Notes: a model not told the origin generated them from the sequence alone. A stretch of 64,000 bases of DNA from Octopus sinensis (GCF_006345805.1 NC_043004.1:53940001-54004000); one strand, 5' to 3'. Positions 15,093 to 28,557 are shown, numbered from the stretch's first letter. Numbers and translations: made by a program.

Positions 15093-15864
15093 GGCGGTGA
15101 GCTGGCAGAATCGTTAGCACGCCGGGCGAAATGCGTAGCCGTATTTCGTCTGCCGTTACGTTCTGAGTTCAAATTCCGTCCAGGTCCACTTTGCCTTTCA
15201 TCCTTTCTTCTTTTCCTTCTTCTTTTCCTTCTTCTTCCTTCTTCTTCTTCTTCTTCTTCTTCTTCTTCTTCAGCTTCTTCTTCATCTCTTCTTCATCTTC
15301 TTCTTCATCATCTTCTTCTTCATCATCTTCTTCTTCTTCTTCTTCTTCTTCATCATCTTCTTCTTCATCATCTTCTTCTTCTTCTTCTTCTTCTTCTTCG
15401 TCTTCTTCTTCTTCTTCACCTCCTTCTCCTCCTCCGCCGCTCCTCCTCCCATTATTCTCTTCCTCCCCTTCTTCTACCCCTCCCCTCCTCATCTTGTTTG
15501 CTTTTTACCGTTATTTTTATTACTATCGTTATAATTATTTTTTTTTGTAGTATTAGTAGTAGTAGTAGTATTAGTAGTAGTATTAGTAGTAGTATTAGTA
15601 TTAGTAGTAGTTGTAGTAGTAGTAGTAGTAGTAGTTGTAGTACAAATACACATAAGCATGCATTCGTTTACATATATGCATATGAGCAAACACTTGCGCA
15701 CATATAAACAAATATACATAGAACAGTAATACACACACATGTTCATGTACACACATACACATCTGTACGTATATTACGTATATACACTTATGTAATCGAC
15801 TTAATCCGTTTGTCTGTCCTTGTTTGTCCCCTCTATGTTTAGCCTCTTGTGGGTAATAAAGAAA
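15093..15864 (+). mobile_element. SINE family A (type 1) split by an insertion: head 15093-15207, tail 15790-15864
   Basis: Head and tail match the 3723 and 18709 copies in the correct order; TSD GATATCA at 15086-15092 and 15867-15873; about 39 bp of the body is missing. Confidence 0.9.
15208..15792 (-). repeat. Inverted duplicate of about 8101-8660
   Basis: The non-repetitive portion is the reverse complement of 8101 onward with only two substitutions that I could see; microsatellite lengths differ; the ORF track shows matching peptides on opposite strands. Confidence 0.92.
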
Positions 15865-16399
15865 CGGATATCACGTGTGGGATGAATCCGAATATAGACA
15901 GAATCGCCCTATCCTTCAGTATTAGCAAGGCTAAGCAGGCGATGTTTCATGGAGGAGTGGGGGTGGAAAAAGAGGTTGTGTGCTCGACCCGAATGAATGG
16001 ACTGAGGAGACACATCTTCCAATTTGGTCAAACCGTCATCGACTTTTAAAGTTTCATTTGAAAAGGAAAGTGAGGATGGGGTGAGAGGAGCTAACACCCA
16101 GTGAATTTGTGAAAACATGAGTGACTATATGAAAAATGGTTAGAATGAATGGACATACTACAAGCATGCGCCTATAATTACCAAGCAATACTTGGAAGAG
16201 GGTTCGTACCTTTGGTGATCGGAGTAATCCTGACTTTGTGAGGTTTCTTGGTTGGCTCCAATTGGAGTTTCTCCGACATCAAGAGAACTACATCAATCAT
16301 TTTATTACATAGTACGTATACTACGTATTGTGTACCAGATTTCACCGGCTTTTGCACTTATGTTTCTTCGTCGATAAAACAAGTACCCCACAAAACTTG

Positions 16400-16570
16400 T
16401 TGTCTTTGTGGTGTCCCCTTCGTGTAGGCGAACACCTGATGTCGCTTGTGGGGCGGATCCGGCTTTGCACTGAATCCATTGTGAAGATTGCCTCGCAGCT
16501 CTCTTTTGGCCGGGAGGGGCAGGTAATTTTTATTTGTCTAGTGGCTGTATTTGTCAAGAGGTAGTATGAC
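16400..16570 (+). mobile_element. Second short L1/Tx1-like fragment
   Basis: EHLMSLVGRIRLCTESIVKIASQLSFGREGQVIFICLVAV aligns with the same region of the 15.9 kb and 34.3 kb fragments. Confidence 0.65.
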
Positions 16571-16989
16571 AGACCCGTTTGAAAGGACTAAATACACTTT
16601 CGTTTTTAACCAAGCCCTAAGGCTAAGATGACACTTGTTTACTGGTCATGAGTGAAGATCCCTGCGAAGAATTGTTGCAGTTCCAAGCAATGCTGATTTT
16701 TGTAAGTGTTCTACCTTCACACTGGCACCAATCAATTTTAGCCATGCTGGTAGCTGAGTGTTGATACGTTTAATTGCACTAATTACTATTGGTATCACGT
16801 CTCCTCTCTTCATTAACCACAAAATTTCGCATTTCTCTCTTTATATCATCATAGTTGTATATTTTGTTCTTCTTCTTTCACATTGGTCCTGTGACAAGGG
16901 AATGCTAGGTCGATTATCATACATGTTCTTTCTTCTTTATTCATGACAACAATGTCCGTTTCCGATGTCTGGTCGGGCGATCGCATTGG

Positions 16990-17880
16990 ATCATTGCATC
17001 CCACAGGATTTTGCAATTTTCACATTCTGCGACACCTTCAGATTTTTTCTCAAACCACATCTTAGGGCTTTGTAGGCCGTGATTTCAACAGAGACCCCCA
17101 ACTGATCATTCTTGCCACATTGTCCTGGCGTCTTTTGTATTCGCGTTGTGCCAATTTCACCCATCTCACCACACATTTTGCATTTGTCTCTCTCGGTAGT
17201 GTTGTCTATTCTGCACTTCATATAGTCGATCCTTAACGCTTGCTCCTGAGCTGCGCGTATAAGTGCTTGTGTCTCTATCTGTAGGTCACTCTTCCTCATC
17301 CATAGCCACCGGTCCTCTGTATCTGTCTTCACGTTCACGTCTCTTTGCAAACTAACCATACATTTTCATTTCCTTCCATATATCTTCTTTTGTTGTTCAT
17401 TTCTCGTTGAACTTTTTCTTTCAGTTCAAAAATTTCAGCTTTGATACCACCGGCCTTCTCCATGCTTTTCAACAGTGGCTTCACGACATTTATTACATAT
17501 CACCCTAAGTTGTTTTCCTCTGCTTCGATGCAATCCTGACAACTGATCAAACCTCTCTCACCCTTTGTTGTGGACAAGTTCAACCTATTGGTGCCACTCT
17601 TTGGGTGGGAAGCTCTGTGTACTGTCAACATTTTTCTGGTATTTGTACCCATTTTATTCACATCTCTCGTTTGCTATTTTATAGTTCCCGAATTGGTGTT
17701 ATCACCCATGCATTAAATGCATAGATTTTATTGCATCCAGTCAAATTTGAGCGCAACACCAACCTCAGTCTTCGGAAATAATCAGTTGCTCTTTCATTTC
17801 CTTTTTCATTATCAGGTTGAACTCTAGAACACCAAGGTATTTGTGTCCTTCCAATTGAATTTGTTTCATCAGGTCTCTAT
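16990..17880 (-). mobile_element. Dong/R4-like (RLE-type) non-LTR retrotransposon fragment
   Basis: YLGVLE...HPKS...RL.L....GERGLISC; WLWMRKSDLQIETQALIRAAQEQALRIDYMKCRIDNTTERDKCKMCGE (CCHC start); its 5' end abuts an (ATT)n tract. Confidence 0.75.
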
Positions 17881-17884
17881 TCAG

Positions 17885-17892
17885 TATTACTG

Positions 17893-17926
<34 letters not shown>

Positions 17927-17928
17927 TA

Positions 17929-17961
<33 letters not shown>

Positions 17962-17965
17962 CATC

Positions 17966-18031
<66 letters not shown>

Positions 18032-18047
18032 ATTATTATTATTATTC
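17885..18047. repeat. (ATT)n microsatellite
   Basis: Directly visible. Confidence 0.95.
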
Positions 18048-18049
18048 AT

Positions 18050-18660
18050 GCAGCAATCTGGCAGAATCGTTAGCACGCTGGGCAAAATGCTTAGCGACAT
18101 TTCATCCCACCTTACTCCCTGAGTTCAAATACCGCTGAGGTTCACTTTGCTTTCATCCTCTTGAAGGGGATAAAACAAGTACAATTTGGGCACTGGGTTC
18201 GATGTACTCGACTTTTCCCCACCTCCGAAACTGCTATACTTGTGTAAAAATGCAAAACCCTTATTACTATTATTATCCTTATGGAACTGAGGGAATCGTT
18301 TCCGACTCATTGCCTTCTATGTACAAAATTCACCAGGAGATCTCTGGCTGCACTTCCACCGGGATAGCTGCAATAAAGTATAGCTGAAGTACAGGGTTCC
18401 ATGTACTCGACTAACCCCACTCCCTGCCAAGTTTCTATCCTACTTGAAACAGGTAAATGCCGCGAGGTGGCAGACTCGATATCGCATCAGATGAAAAGTT
18501 TGCGAATTTCTTCAGAGTTCAGGCGCTACTAAATTCGAATTTGACTTTCATAATTCTGGCGTCGATAAAATAAGTACGAGTTGAGCACCGGGGTCAATCT
18601 AATTGACTTACCCCCCCCCCGAAATAGCTGGGCTTGTGCCAAAATTTCTTATTATTATTG
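18050..18660 (+). mobile_element. Cluster of 2-3 degenerate family A (type 2 tail) SINEs
   Basis: Repeated GGCAGAATCGTTAG / GAGTTCAAAT / GTCGAT..ACTCGAC modules with CCCC...GCTTGTGCCAAAATT tails. Confidence 0.7.
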
Positions 18661-18708
18661 AGGAATGGTAACCTGGTGAAATGATAAACCATCTGAAATG
18701 TATTCTTT

Positions 18709-18940
18709 ACTGACGAGCTGGCAGAGTCGTTAGCACGCCGAGCGAAATGCGTAGCCGTATTTCGTCTGCCGTTACGTTCTGAGTTCAAATTCCGCCGAGG
18801 TCGACTTTGCCTTTCATCCTTTCGGGGTCGATAAATTAAGTACCAGTTACGCACTGTGGTCGATGTAATCGACTTAATACTTATGTCTGTCCTTGTTTTT
18901 CCCCTCTATGTTTAGCCCCTTGTGGGCAATAAAGAAATAG
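18709..18940 (+). mobile_element. SINE family A (type 1), full length
   Basis: Near-identical to 3723-3953. Confidence 0.9.
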
Positions 18941-19044
18941 GAATTCAGGCTGCCAACGTTCTAAGCTTAAGTCTTATTGAGATCAGCTTTGCTTTTCAGT
19001 CCCTCCAATAAAAATTGCTGGAATTGCGCCTAAATTAGAAGAGT

Positions 19045-19425
19045 GGAGGCGCAAAGGCTCAGTGGTTAGGGCAGCGGACTCGCGGTCATAGGATCGCGGT
19101 TTCGATTCCCAGACGGGCGTTGTGAGTGTTTATTGAGTGAAAACACCTAAAAGCTCCACGACGCTCCGGCAGGGGATGGTGGTGATTCCTGCTGTACTCT
19201 TTCACCACAACTTTCTCTCACTATTACTTCCTGTTTCTGTTGTACCTGTTTTCCAAGGGGCCGGCCTTGTCACTCTCTGTGTCATGCTGAATATCCCCGA
19301 GAACTACGTTAAGGGTGCACGTGTCTGTGGAGTGCTCATCCACTTACACGTTAATTTCACGAGCAGGCTGTTCCGTTGATTCGGATCAACCGGAACTCTC
19401 ATCGTCGTAACCGACGGAGTGCTTC
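19045..19425 (+). mobile_element. tRNA-derived SINE, head C with tail 1
   Basis: A box GGCTCAGTGGTTAG, B box GGTTTCGATTCCC; 3' part shared with the 63053 and 63636 copies. Confidence 0.85.
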
Positions 19426-20304
19426 TCAGAAGCATTAGTGTTGCTGTTTTATTTTTTGTTTTTCTTTTGCTTATGCGTTGGTAAAGGCTGTTGTTATTGC
19501 TGGCTTCACCATTCTTGTTTCGTTGTAGAAATTGCCAGTAAGGTTTTCAGAGATGTTGGTGGCTGTGGGTTTGCTATTGGTGTTATTGTTATCCGACTTC
19601 AACACAGCATCTCTAACCGAATTCATTTTTTATGCGTTCCATCATTTTACTCCGCCATCATCAGCTCCGTCCCTACAATCAACATCAAGATCGCCACCAC
19701 TATTAACATCACCATGTATATTCTCCGCCCAATAATCATTATAATAATCGTCGTTTTCCCCAGCACCATTGATATCAACTACATCAATAATATCATCATC
19801 GCCATCATCATTACCATCATCATCATAATCATTATCATCATCATCATCATCATTACCATCATCAACAGCAACAACATCATTATCACCAGCATCGTTTTCA
19901 TCGTCATCAGAATTTCTGTCATCATCCCCATAAACATCATCATCAGCAACCACAATATTGTAAGCAGGAAAGTCGTCTAATAATTCCTTTATCTCTTTAT
20001 TCTTTTAATTTTCTTTTCTCCTTCTGGCTATTATTGTTCAAGAAGGCGCCATGATTTTTTCACAATAATTGCAAATTCGAATCGCTATTTTCACCACCAT
20101 CAGTACCAGCATAATGACTCCTGCTTCATTTTCTAAATAATAGCGTTATTGCTATTATAGTGATTCATTATTTTCCATGTTATTCTTAGTTATATAAATA
20201 TCATTGTGAATGCTACTGTCAATTTGTTAATATTTTTTGTATGCAACGGAACACATCGTCCGTAAGTTAATGTTACATATTTACGCACATATATACATAG
20301 CAAC

Positions 20305-20362
<58 letters not shown>

Positions 20363-21621
20363 GTATATATTTTTTTACGTATATGTGTGTATGTGTGGGA
20401 TTGCATGTGTGTGCGTGTATGAATAAAGAAGCAAAAACTAGTTGGGAGAATTAATTCAGAGTGGCTAGTGGCATGTATTTGAACAAGAAATACAAAAAGG
20501 TATATTAAATACCGTAAAAGAAAACGTTGTTGATTTATTGAAATTGTCTCCTGTTCCAGAGGTGAGTTATTATGATTTTATTTCTGTTGTGTTGTTATTT
20601 TATTCAACGTACAAACAATTATTGTTATGGTTAGTAATATAATCTATCTTATTTGTTTAGCATGAGAGAATTTATAAATCTTTTTGTCGGCAAAAGCATA
20701 CGTTTGACCGACATTAATTTTTCATTTTAGTCATTAAATGAGCCAATATTACGTGAGTATATGGGCGACTAATCACACATACACACACACAGACACACAT
20801 GCAAACAAACACACATACACACACACACATATATATTGTAAATGAAAAAAGATAAGTAACAAGAAATCAAATAATAAATGGTACCGACAACAAACTACCA
20901 AATATTGTATTAGGCTAACGCTTACAAGGAAGAAAAAAGCTAAATATTTTAGTCCTTCATCAGAAGAAAAGCATAGGTGGAGTGAAAAGGGAAAACTGAA
21001 AAGTCGTTGGGAAAAAGGTAAGGAAGAAAGAAAACTATATACATTTCTATTTTTATTGTTTATAACTTTTGCATAATCGTTTCGTGCAGCTAAAAATATT
21101 CGCTTCTGTAGTTCTATCTTAAGTAGATACTACATTTATTCTGAAGTGTAATTCTAAGTGTATGATGAATCATGCGCGCAAGGCAAAAATATCGCCTAAA
21201 ACACAAGTTCACCTTCTTTAATAACGTGTTGCTTGCCTTTATAAGCATGCATACACTGAATTTAGATTGAAATGTATTTTGCATGCTTATAACAAACATT
21301 TGGACAGTTTGTGTGTTTGAAAAATTTTGCAATTCAGGCTAATTTTTGTTTGCAACTATGTTTTTTAAAACGGCATTAGTACTGTAAAGTGTGTATCCAG
21401 ATTTCAGTATTTCAATTCCGTAGATTATAGAACTGCACCGTAATGGTCATCACCCACGGGTACGTTGTGGCTTTTGGCCTTTACAGTTTCATCGCCCTTA
21501 AACCTCAAGCAGTATTTATATTGGGACATTTGTTCATGATTATTCTTTCTTTGCTCAAAGTGTTGCAATGTACATTAGTTTGTACTTCAGGCTATTAAAC
21601 AAACCCTAACTCAGTTAAGGT

Positions 21622-21923
21622 GGAGGCACATGGCCTAGTGGTTAGAACAGCAGGCTCGCAGTCAAGAGATTGCCGGTTCGAATCTCAGACCGGGCGATGT
21701 GTGAGTTTATGAGCGAAACACCTAAGCTCCACGCGGCTCCAGCAGAAGGTAATGGCGAATTACTGCTGACTCTTTGGCCACAACTTTCTCTCACTCTTTC
21801 CTCCTGCGTCTTGCAGCTCATCTGCGACGGACCGGCGTCCCGTCCAGGTGGGGAACGTATACGCCAAGGAAACCGGGAAACCGGCCCTATGAGCCAGGCG
21901 TGGCTCGAGAAGAAACAAACAAA
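21622..21923 (+). mobile_element. tRNA-derived SINE, head C with tail 2
   Basis: Head matches 19045 through CACAACTTTCTCTCACTC, then diverges; probable TSD CTCA(G/A)TTAAG at 21610-21619 and 21925-21934. Confidence 0.85.
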
Positions 21924-23209
21924 GCTCAATTAAGAGTCTAGGATATTATTTTATTGGCCGTCCAAGAAGTTTAATCCAAGTTGATATCGGTGGGTATTAA
22001 TTCAGAACGTAATGGTCAACATCAATATATAACAGCTTGATTCCTCCGATGCTCTTTCGTTTCCGCCAGTCTGTCGTTACTTAACATGTTTTACTGATTT
22101 CCATGATAAATGTAATTCCTATTCAACGTTCTGTCTTCCAAGTTACTAAAGTATACTAAGTTCACTATAGTGCTTTATTCCTCTTAGTTCGTTTTATTAC
22201 AGATTTGTGACTTCTAGAAGGTTTCACGACATCACGTCTTCAAGTTAACTAATAAAATGCTTCCACAAATTACTAGAAAGACAACAAAACGAACTAGAGA
22301 ACGAAATAATATTCAAAATATATCTGAAATACATAAAAGATAAATTAAGTTGACGCCTCATTCTTATAGAATCCATGTGAGACCAATTTAAAAAGAAAAA
22401 TCAATAAAAATTAATAATGACATATTTAAAAATTCATTGCTGCAATATTCTTAACCGCTGTTCATCATTTTTCTATTTTATATTTCCGCACGTAAAATAT
22501 GACTTCAGACTACAAAACATTAGCAACAGAAATATCAGTTGTAAATCACATTTAAAATGAATCGAAGACAGTTTCCAAAGGCGTCACAGAAATGAGGCTA
22601 TAGGGAATAGATGGTCCTTGAAATGTTACATCAGGGAGCATTCGAGATTCTAGAACCCTTTACCTACTACACTGGATTTCATATGTCTAAGCCAATGAAA
22701 AGCCCGATGATAACAATCGATACCCTCTGAAAAAATATATAGTGATCCTTCGTCGGTTTCGACGAAGTATTCGTTAGTTCTTGAATTTTCAGAACTTCTT
22801 TGTCATTCAATGATATTTAAGAAGCTTAACTCGTTGAAAATTGCATAGGTATTAAGAACTGACACCGTCATACTCAACTACAATTGACACGGCACAGTTT
22901 GTAGCAAAGCTAAGCCACCTCAAGTGCATATACAGTCTATACATGAGCCTCATTCAATTTTGGTTTCCCTAATTTTACTTATAATGTAGAGGGGACCAAG
23001 TGAAATCAATCGAGCGCCCTATAATTTCAAAGCCAACTTCTTAACGGTACCATTCAAGCAGAAATCATATAGACGTACAGTTTTTGCACTTACTCCTGGT
23101 AGTTATAACATCGTTGATGTTGATGTAAATACACTGCATGTTGAGCTACAATAAGTATATGAGTTAGGTTTTGTCAACATCGCTGTAGATATTTCCCCAC
23201 TAGACATTA

Positions 23210-23446
23210 TCTTTTATTTTTTACTTGTTTTAGTCATTGGACTGTGGCCACACGGGCCACACGGGGCACAGGGTTGGAATCGAACAAATCGACGGCAGTA
23301 CTTACTGTTTTAAAAGTTTAATACGTAATTCATCGGTCACTTTTGTAGAACGGCTACGGTGTGGGGATAGAAACAAGGCAACACATTGTAAAGCGGTGCG
23401 GAGACACAAACACAAAGCCACATATTTATACATATATATATATGCC

Positions 23447-23491
<45 letters not shown>

Positions 23492-23675
23492 ATGTGTGTG
23501 CGTGTGTGTGTGTCTGTGTCTGTGTCTGTGTGTTTCCGTCTTCTAAATCTAACAGCGCTTTGGATGGCTCGACGCTGTAGCAGAAGACATTTGCCCAATG
23601 TCCCACACATTGGTACGGGCTCAAAATCATGTGATTGGAAATCAATCCTCTTACCCACACCGCCATGCCTGCACC
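23210..23675 (-). mobile_element. SINE family B with internal TA/TG microsatellite, diverged
   Basis: Reverse-complement homologue of 25942-26390. Confidence 0.8.
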
Positions 23676-24068
23676 TATAATATTAATTTCGCTTACATAA
23701 TATCCACAAGAAAGACTATCGACATTGATGTATAAATCTGCCACACAGTTTCACCTCTGTTATAAATATAGGCAAGTTTGACGTATTGCTCACCTTAGAA
23801 TTGATAGTTACCGTGAGGAACTGCTTTTTCTTGTACATCGGTTTCATGTTGAGGTATAGCCCATATCAAACTAAAGTGTTAGCAAGTACTCTTGCATATT
23901 CCCTCCCCTATTTATAATTGCGCTCTTTATGAAATTGCATACATTACGAGTCTCGGTTCAAGGACATAGAAATAATTAGTGAAATATGTGCCTATAAGAA
24001 AATTAGGTTCGGATTATTTGCGGAGAATACTTTTATTGGCCTGAGGTTTGTTCAAATAATTTGTGATG

Positions 24069-24179
24069 TTCTCAACTCGAATTCTACAACTGGCATTTGC
24101 ATCTCCAGGGTGAATAAAATACAATGTCAACCAAGTATTGCGGTCGAGGACTTTCAATAACAAACTCCCCTCACCAATG
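24069..24179 (+). repeat. Unclassified direct repeat, copy 1 (copy 2 at 29948-30067)
   Basis: Near-identical sequences 5.9 kb apart, differing by a 9-bp indel and a couple of substitutions. Confidence 0.85.
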
Positions 24180-24852
24180 GTAATCTATCTGAGACGTGTT
24201 TTGACTTAAAAATACGTTTACTTGTTGGAAAATATTTGCTTCTAGTTAAATTGATTGTATTATCTCGGAGACATGAAGATGTCTGTAACCTTATAGAGCC
24301 ACTATTTGATGACTTAACCATTAAATCTATTATTTGCACTCTTTAGTTTGTACAAACACAAATTATTTATAACATGTTTCTTTGATCAGAATATAATATG
24401 GAGATTGTACGCATGTTATTCGGAAATAATAGTAATAATTTTGTTCGTTAAAAATACTTTACCACTTATTTGTTCTATAGGGCACACAATTCGCATTTAA
24501 TAATGCTAACTAAAGGACATTACTCGGGGTCGTCTTATTCATAAATTAGGGGCAATATTCCTAAAAGAGTGACCAAAAACAAGAACGGTAAGGTTGACAA
24601 CTTTCATATCTTTCTTGATAAATCATTGAGTAGCTACAGAATAAATTTGAGGTTTTGTGAGGTGACAGCTCAGCACATGTTTCGGCCATATAGGCCCTCC
24701 TCTTATTTGTCAGTACGAGACTTTTTTTTTAAAGTTAAATCTTATTTTTGATATTATCGTCATTTTTATGCATGAATATTTGCACACCTTTTATAATGAC
24801 CCAGTTTTGCATATATCCATTGGCCTAAAATGATATTTTATAAAATACCCAT

Positions 24853-24929
<77 letters not shown>

Positions 24930-25152
24930 GAGTTATTTGCAAATTTAGAACTAAAAGGAAGAAATATATACGCCACTGAAGGGACTAAGAAGACTAGTCA
25001 TCAGCAGTATTGCTAGAAATAAGAGTCAAAACAAATCATACCCCCAAGAAAGCACTTGTCTTAATGAGTTACAGGCGAGTCATGCTCCCTGGTGTAGTGC
25101 GTCACTTTAGGGACGTATATATATATTATATATATATTATATATATTATATA

Positions 25153-25197
<45 letters not shown>

Positions 25198-25616
25198 ATA
25201 TATACATAATATATATATATACATATATATATACGTGTGTTTATGCATGTATGTGTGCGTGAGTCTAGTGTGTGTATGTGTGTCTCTGTGTGTGTGCGCG
25301 CGTATGATAGGCATTCGAATAGCAGTTTCCGCCTAACAAATTCACTTACAAAGTATCAGCCGGTCCATGACTACAGTAAAAGCATATCCGCAAAGAAACC
25401 ACGTGACTGCGAAGCAAATTTTTCGAAAGCACATCTATTCCCGTGCCTTAAATTATGTGTGGGCTGAATATGTTAGCATTCACTTTGTTTCTGAACTTGA
25501 AGTTAATCTTCTATCTCTATGACTCCGAATCTGAACTATTTCTCACGCTTAAAGCCATCTTTGACAGTTATTTTTGGTAAAGCGAAACAATTCTCAATTT
25601 AGAAATAAAAATATAG

Positions 25617-25740
25617 TTTAAAAAATAGCAATTTTTACATTTTCTTTGTCAGACACTTGAGCTAGACAATGGTTTAATTTCATTTGTAAAATGAAAGAAT
25701 AAAATGCGATGAGAATGTGTGTTGTATAATACTACACAGC
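25617..25740 (+). repeat. 124-bp direct repeat, copy 1 (copy 2 at 26893-27016)
   Basis: Four substitutions over 124 bp by manual alignment; copies are 1276 bp apart. Confidence 0.9.
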
Positions 25741-25941
25741 ATGATAAATTGTGCGTAATTACAGCGAAGGAAGAGAAATTTTCTTATTGCTTCACTCAGG
25801 AAATCACATTGTTCACGAGTTAGAACATTCGACAGTGTTAACATTACATTCCCAGAGGTTAATAGATGTTGTTCACAAAGGTGAACGAACGTTAGATTCA
25901 CAGGGCCATTAGATAGATAACACCATGCGTTTTGTAACATA

Positions 25942-26112
25942 GGCGCAGGAGTGGCTGTGTGGTAACTAGCTTGCTAACCAACCACATGGTTCTGGGTTCA
26001 GTCCCACTGCGGGGCATCTTGGACAAGTGTCTTCTGCTATAGCCCCGGGCCGACCAATGCCTTGTGAGTGGATTAGGTAGACGGAAACTGAAAGAAGCCT
26101 GTCGTATATATG

Positions 26113-26173
<61 letters not shown>

Positions 26174-26390
26174 ATGTGTTTGTGTGTCTGTGTTTGTCCC
26201 CCTAGCATTGCTTGACAACTGATGCTGGTGTGTTTACGTCCCCGTCACTTAGCGGTTCGGCAAAACAGACCGATAGAATAAGTACTGGGCTTACAAAGAA
26301 TAAGTCCCAGGGTCGACTTACACGACTAAAGGCGGTGCTCCAGCATGGCCGCAGTCAAATTACTGAAACAAGTAAAAGAGTAAAAGAGTA
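25942..26390 (+). mobile_element. SINE family B, full length
   Basis: tRNA-like head GGCGCAGGAGTGGCTGTGTGG...GGGTTCAGTCCC, CORE-like CTTGGACAAGTG, internal microsatellite, (AAAAGAGT)n tail; near-identical to 59695-60102. Confidence 0.9.
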
Positions 26391-26892
26391 CAAGACCAAT
26401 ATGTATGCATATAAGTAAATATATCTTTATGCTTTTTTGCGATAATATTAATTTTAATACTTGTTTTCCTTTGCAGAACTCAAACCTAACGTTGTTTAAC
26501 TCAAATCGTATATTGAGTCTGTGGATCTCGAATTCATTTATGTGTGCGTATTATACGCATGCGTGTTCGCAAGGGCAAACTTGCACTCATAGTTGTGCAT
26601 GTCAGGATATAACACCTGTAAGTTTCATTACTATTCATGATTGTGCGTTCACGTGTATTACACATGTATATGTAACTAGGTACATGTGTTCACCCAGGTG
26701 CCTCAAATGACAGTTACCTTGAAATGTTTTACAAGTTTTTACTGTACTTCGAAACAACTCTACCTGTAATTTGCGAATCAGCCTTAATTGTGTTCCATGT
26801 TTGAATGCAGATCTGTTCTAAGTATGTATGAATGATTGTATATATGTATGTCTGCACATATGCATGCTTGTAAGAATGCATCCATTCATGTA

Positions 26893-27016
26893 TTTAAAAA
26901 ATAGCAATTTTTACATTCTCTTTGTCAGGCACTTGAGCTAGACAATGGTTTAATTTCATTTGTAAAATGAAAGAATAAAATGCGATGAGAATATGTTTTG
27001 TATAATACTACACAGC
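26893..27016 (+). repeat. 124-bp direct repeat, copy 2
   Basis: See 25617-25740. Confidence 0.9.
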
Positions 27017-27261
27017 GTATATACGAAAATTGCAGTCGTTAAGCCTGTCACTAACAAAGTGATAATGCTAACGTACACATGAACTTCAATTACAACTATA
27101 TTATATAAACCTCATAGCTGAAGTTTCGAGCGTAAATAATACCAAGTAACTCATAACGATGAGACTCGTTTTATTTGTAATATTTACAATTTATTTGTAA
27201 TAAGTCTATTTGATCCAGTAAAGGAATCCTATCATTTTGATACACCCTGTACTTGCAGACT

Positions 27262-27467
27262 ATTGGTTTCAAATTTTAGCACAAGACCAGCAATTTCTCT
27301 AAGTCGATGGCATCGAGCCCGGTGCTCAACTGGTACTCATATTATTGACCCCAAAATGATGAGAGGCAGAGGCAACATTGGCGGAATTTGAACTCAGAAG
27401 GTAAGTACGGACGAAACACCGCTAAGCATTTTTTCCGGTGTGCTAACGATTCTGCCAGATCGCCGCC
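27262..27467 (-). mobile_element. SINE family A (type 2 tail)
   Basis: Reverse complement of the family A head followed by the GGTCTTGTGCTAAAATTTGAAACC tail. Confidence 0.85.
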
Positions 27468-28515
27468 TTCTATTTGTAGAATATTACTACTAATAATTCT
27501 ATAATTATTTCATACATCTTTACATCAGCCAAATTTTAGAAAATAAAACGATTCTTGCCAACATATTGAGGTAGCTAAAAGGAAATACCCTCTTGTTGCT
27601 CACACGTGACCACCGTCCATCATTTTTTGCACACATCTTTCTTTTCTTCCGGTCTGTTGCACAGACAAGACGTGCCCTTATCCGTCTCCTCTTCTATCGT
27701 TTCTCCTGTCAAAGAATGTTCCTCAGCGTTCGCCACCTTACCCCGTCTGGCTTAGAAGCTCTCACAATTTGTTCCACTGTCTTGTTTTTGTTACCAACTT
27801 TGACCCTCCGCAAGATTCCAAATTTTATTTCTGCGGGAGGAACTGTTTCCTCGAAGACACATACTGTCGTGAATTGCTCGAAATGTGGAGCAGATAAACA
27901 GCCAACAACTGATGAAGGGTCATTCTTTATGTTACTTATCTTGTATTCTATTTTGTTCTCTAGTCGTTCGCCAAAAAAAGTTTGCTTTCGTATTTCATGT
28001 TGTTTTTCGTATTTTGGATTTCGTGTTCACGTATTTCTTGTTGTTTACGTTTTGTGACATCTTGTACACATATATGCTTATTATATATATGTATATATTC
28101 CTATAAATATATATATTATAGGATTGAACGCCACGCTTCCATTTTCAAGTGTACACACATACATATATTCATTTACATATATAATTGTGTGTCTTTTATA
28201 TAATATATTAAATAACTCTTAATAGACATCATAGAATTATTACAAATATTGGACTATCATATGTCAAATCGTTGCCAGTATTGACACAATAGCCGGAAGT
28301 GACATTAAACTAACTAAATATTCTATTAACATTTGAAACATTGTCACCGAAGTTTGAAAGCTTTTAATACTTTGTAATTGACAGCTTTTTGATGAAGTCG
28401 TCTTTTCTTTATATCATATAAACATTTCAACTATCTGAATATTTTATTTGGCTATTAAAACTAATCACACAAATCCAATTTCGACCTACTGTCATTTCTC
28501 AGGGTATACACACAG

Positions 28516-28557
<42 letters not shown>

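Larger units (their letters stand above)
14875..16310 (+). mobile_element. L1/Tx1-clade LINE 3' fragment (post-RT zinc-finger region plus 3' UTR), interrupted by a SINE
   Basis: Decayed reading GALAVRDELRRHGSAARRGCPKCA...CPDIANFWSCVGQLIS|RVG...KEVVCSTRMNGLRRHIFQFGQTVIDF...KFHLKRKVRM...PSEFVK, continuous once 15093-15873 is removed; homologous to the fragments at 16.4 kb and 34 kb. Confidence 0.7.

Noticed and set aside
19045-19120. tRNA genes at SINE heads (also 21622, 33270, 63053, 63636)
   Set aside because: A and B boxes are present, but there is no proper acceptor stem or oligo-T terminator, and each runs into SINE body sequence.
22749-22768. 8-bp hairpin CTTCGTCG-GTTT-CGACGAAG as a Helitron 3' end or terminator
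   Set aside because: No CTRR terminus at the expected distance and no other Helitron features; an isolated hairpin is not enough.
27593-28057. 154-aa ORF and opposite-strand frames in a GC-richer island
   Set aside because: No recognisable domain or convincing splice pair; probably an unclassified repeat remnant.
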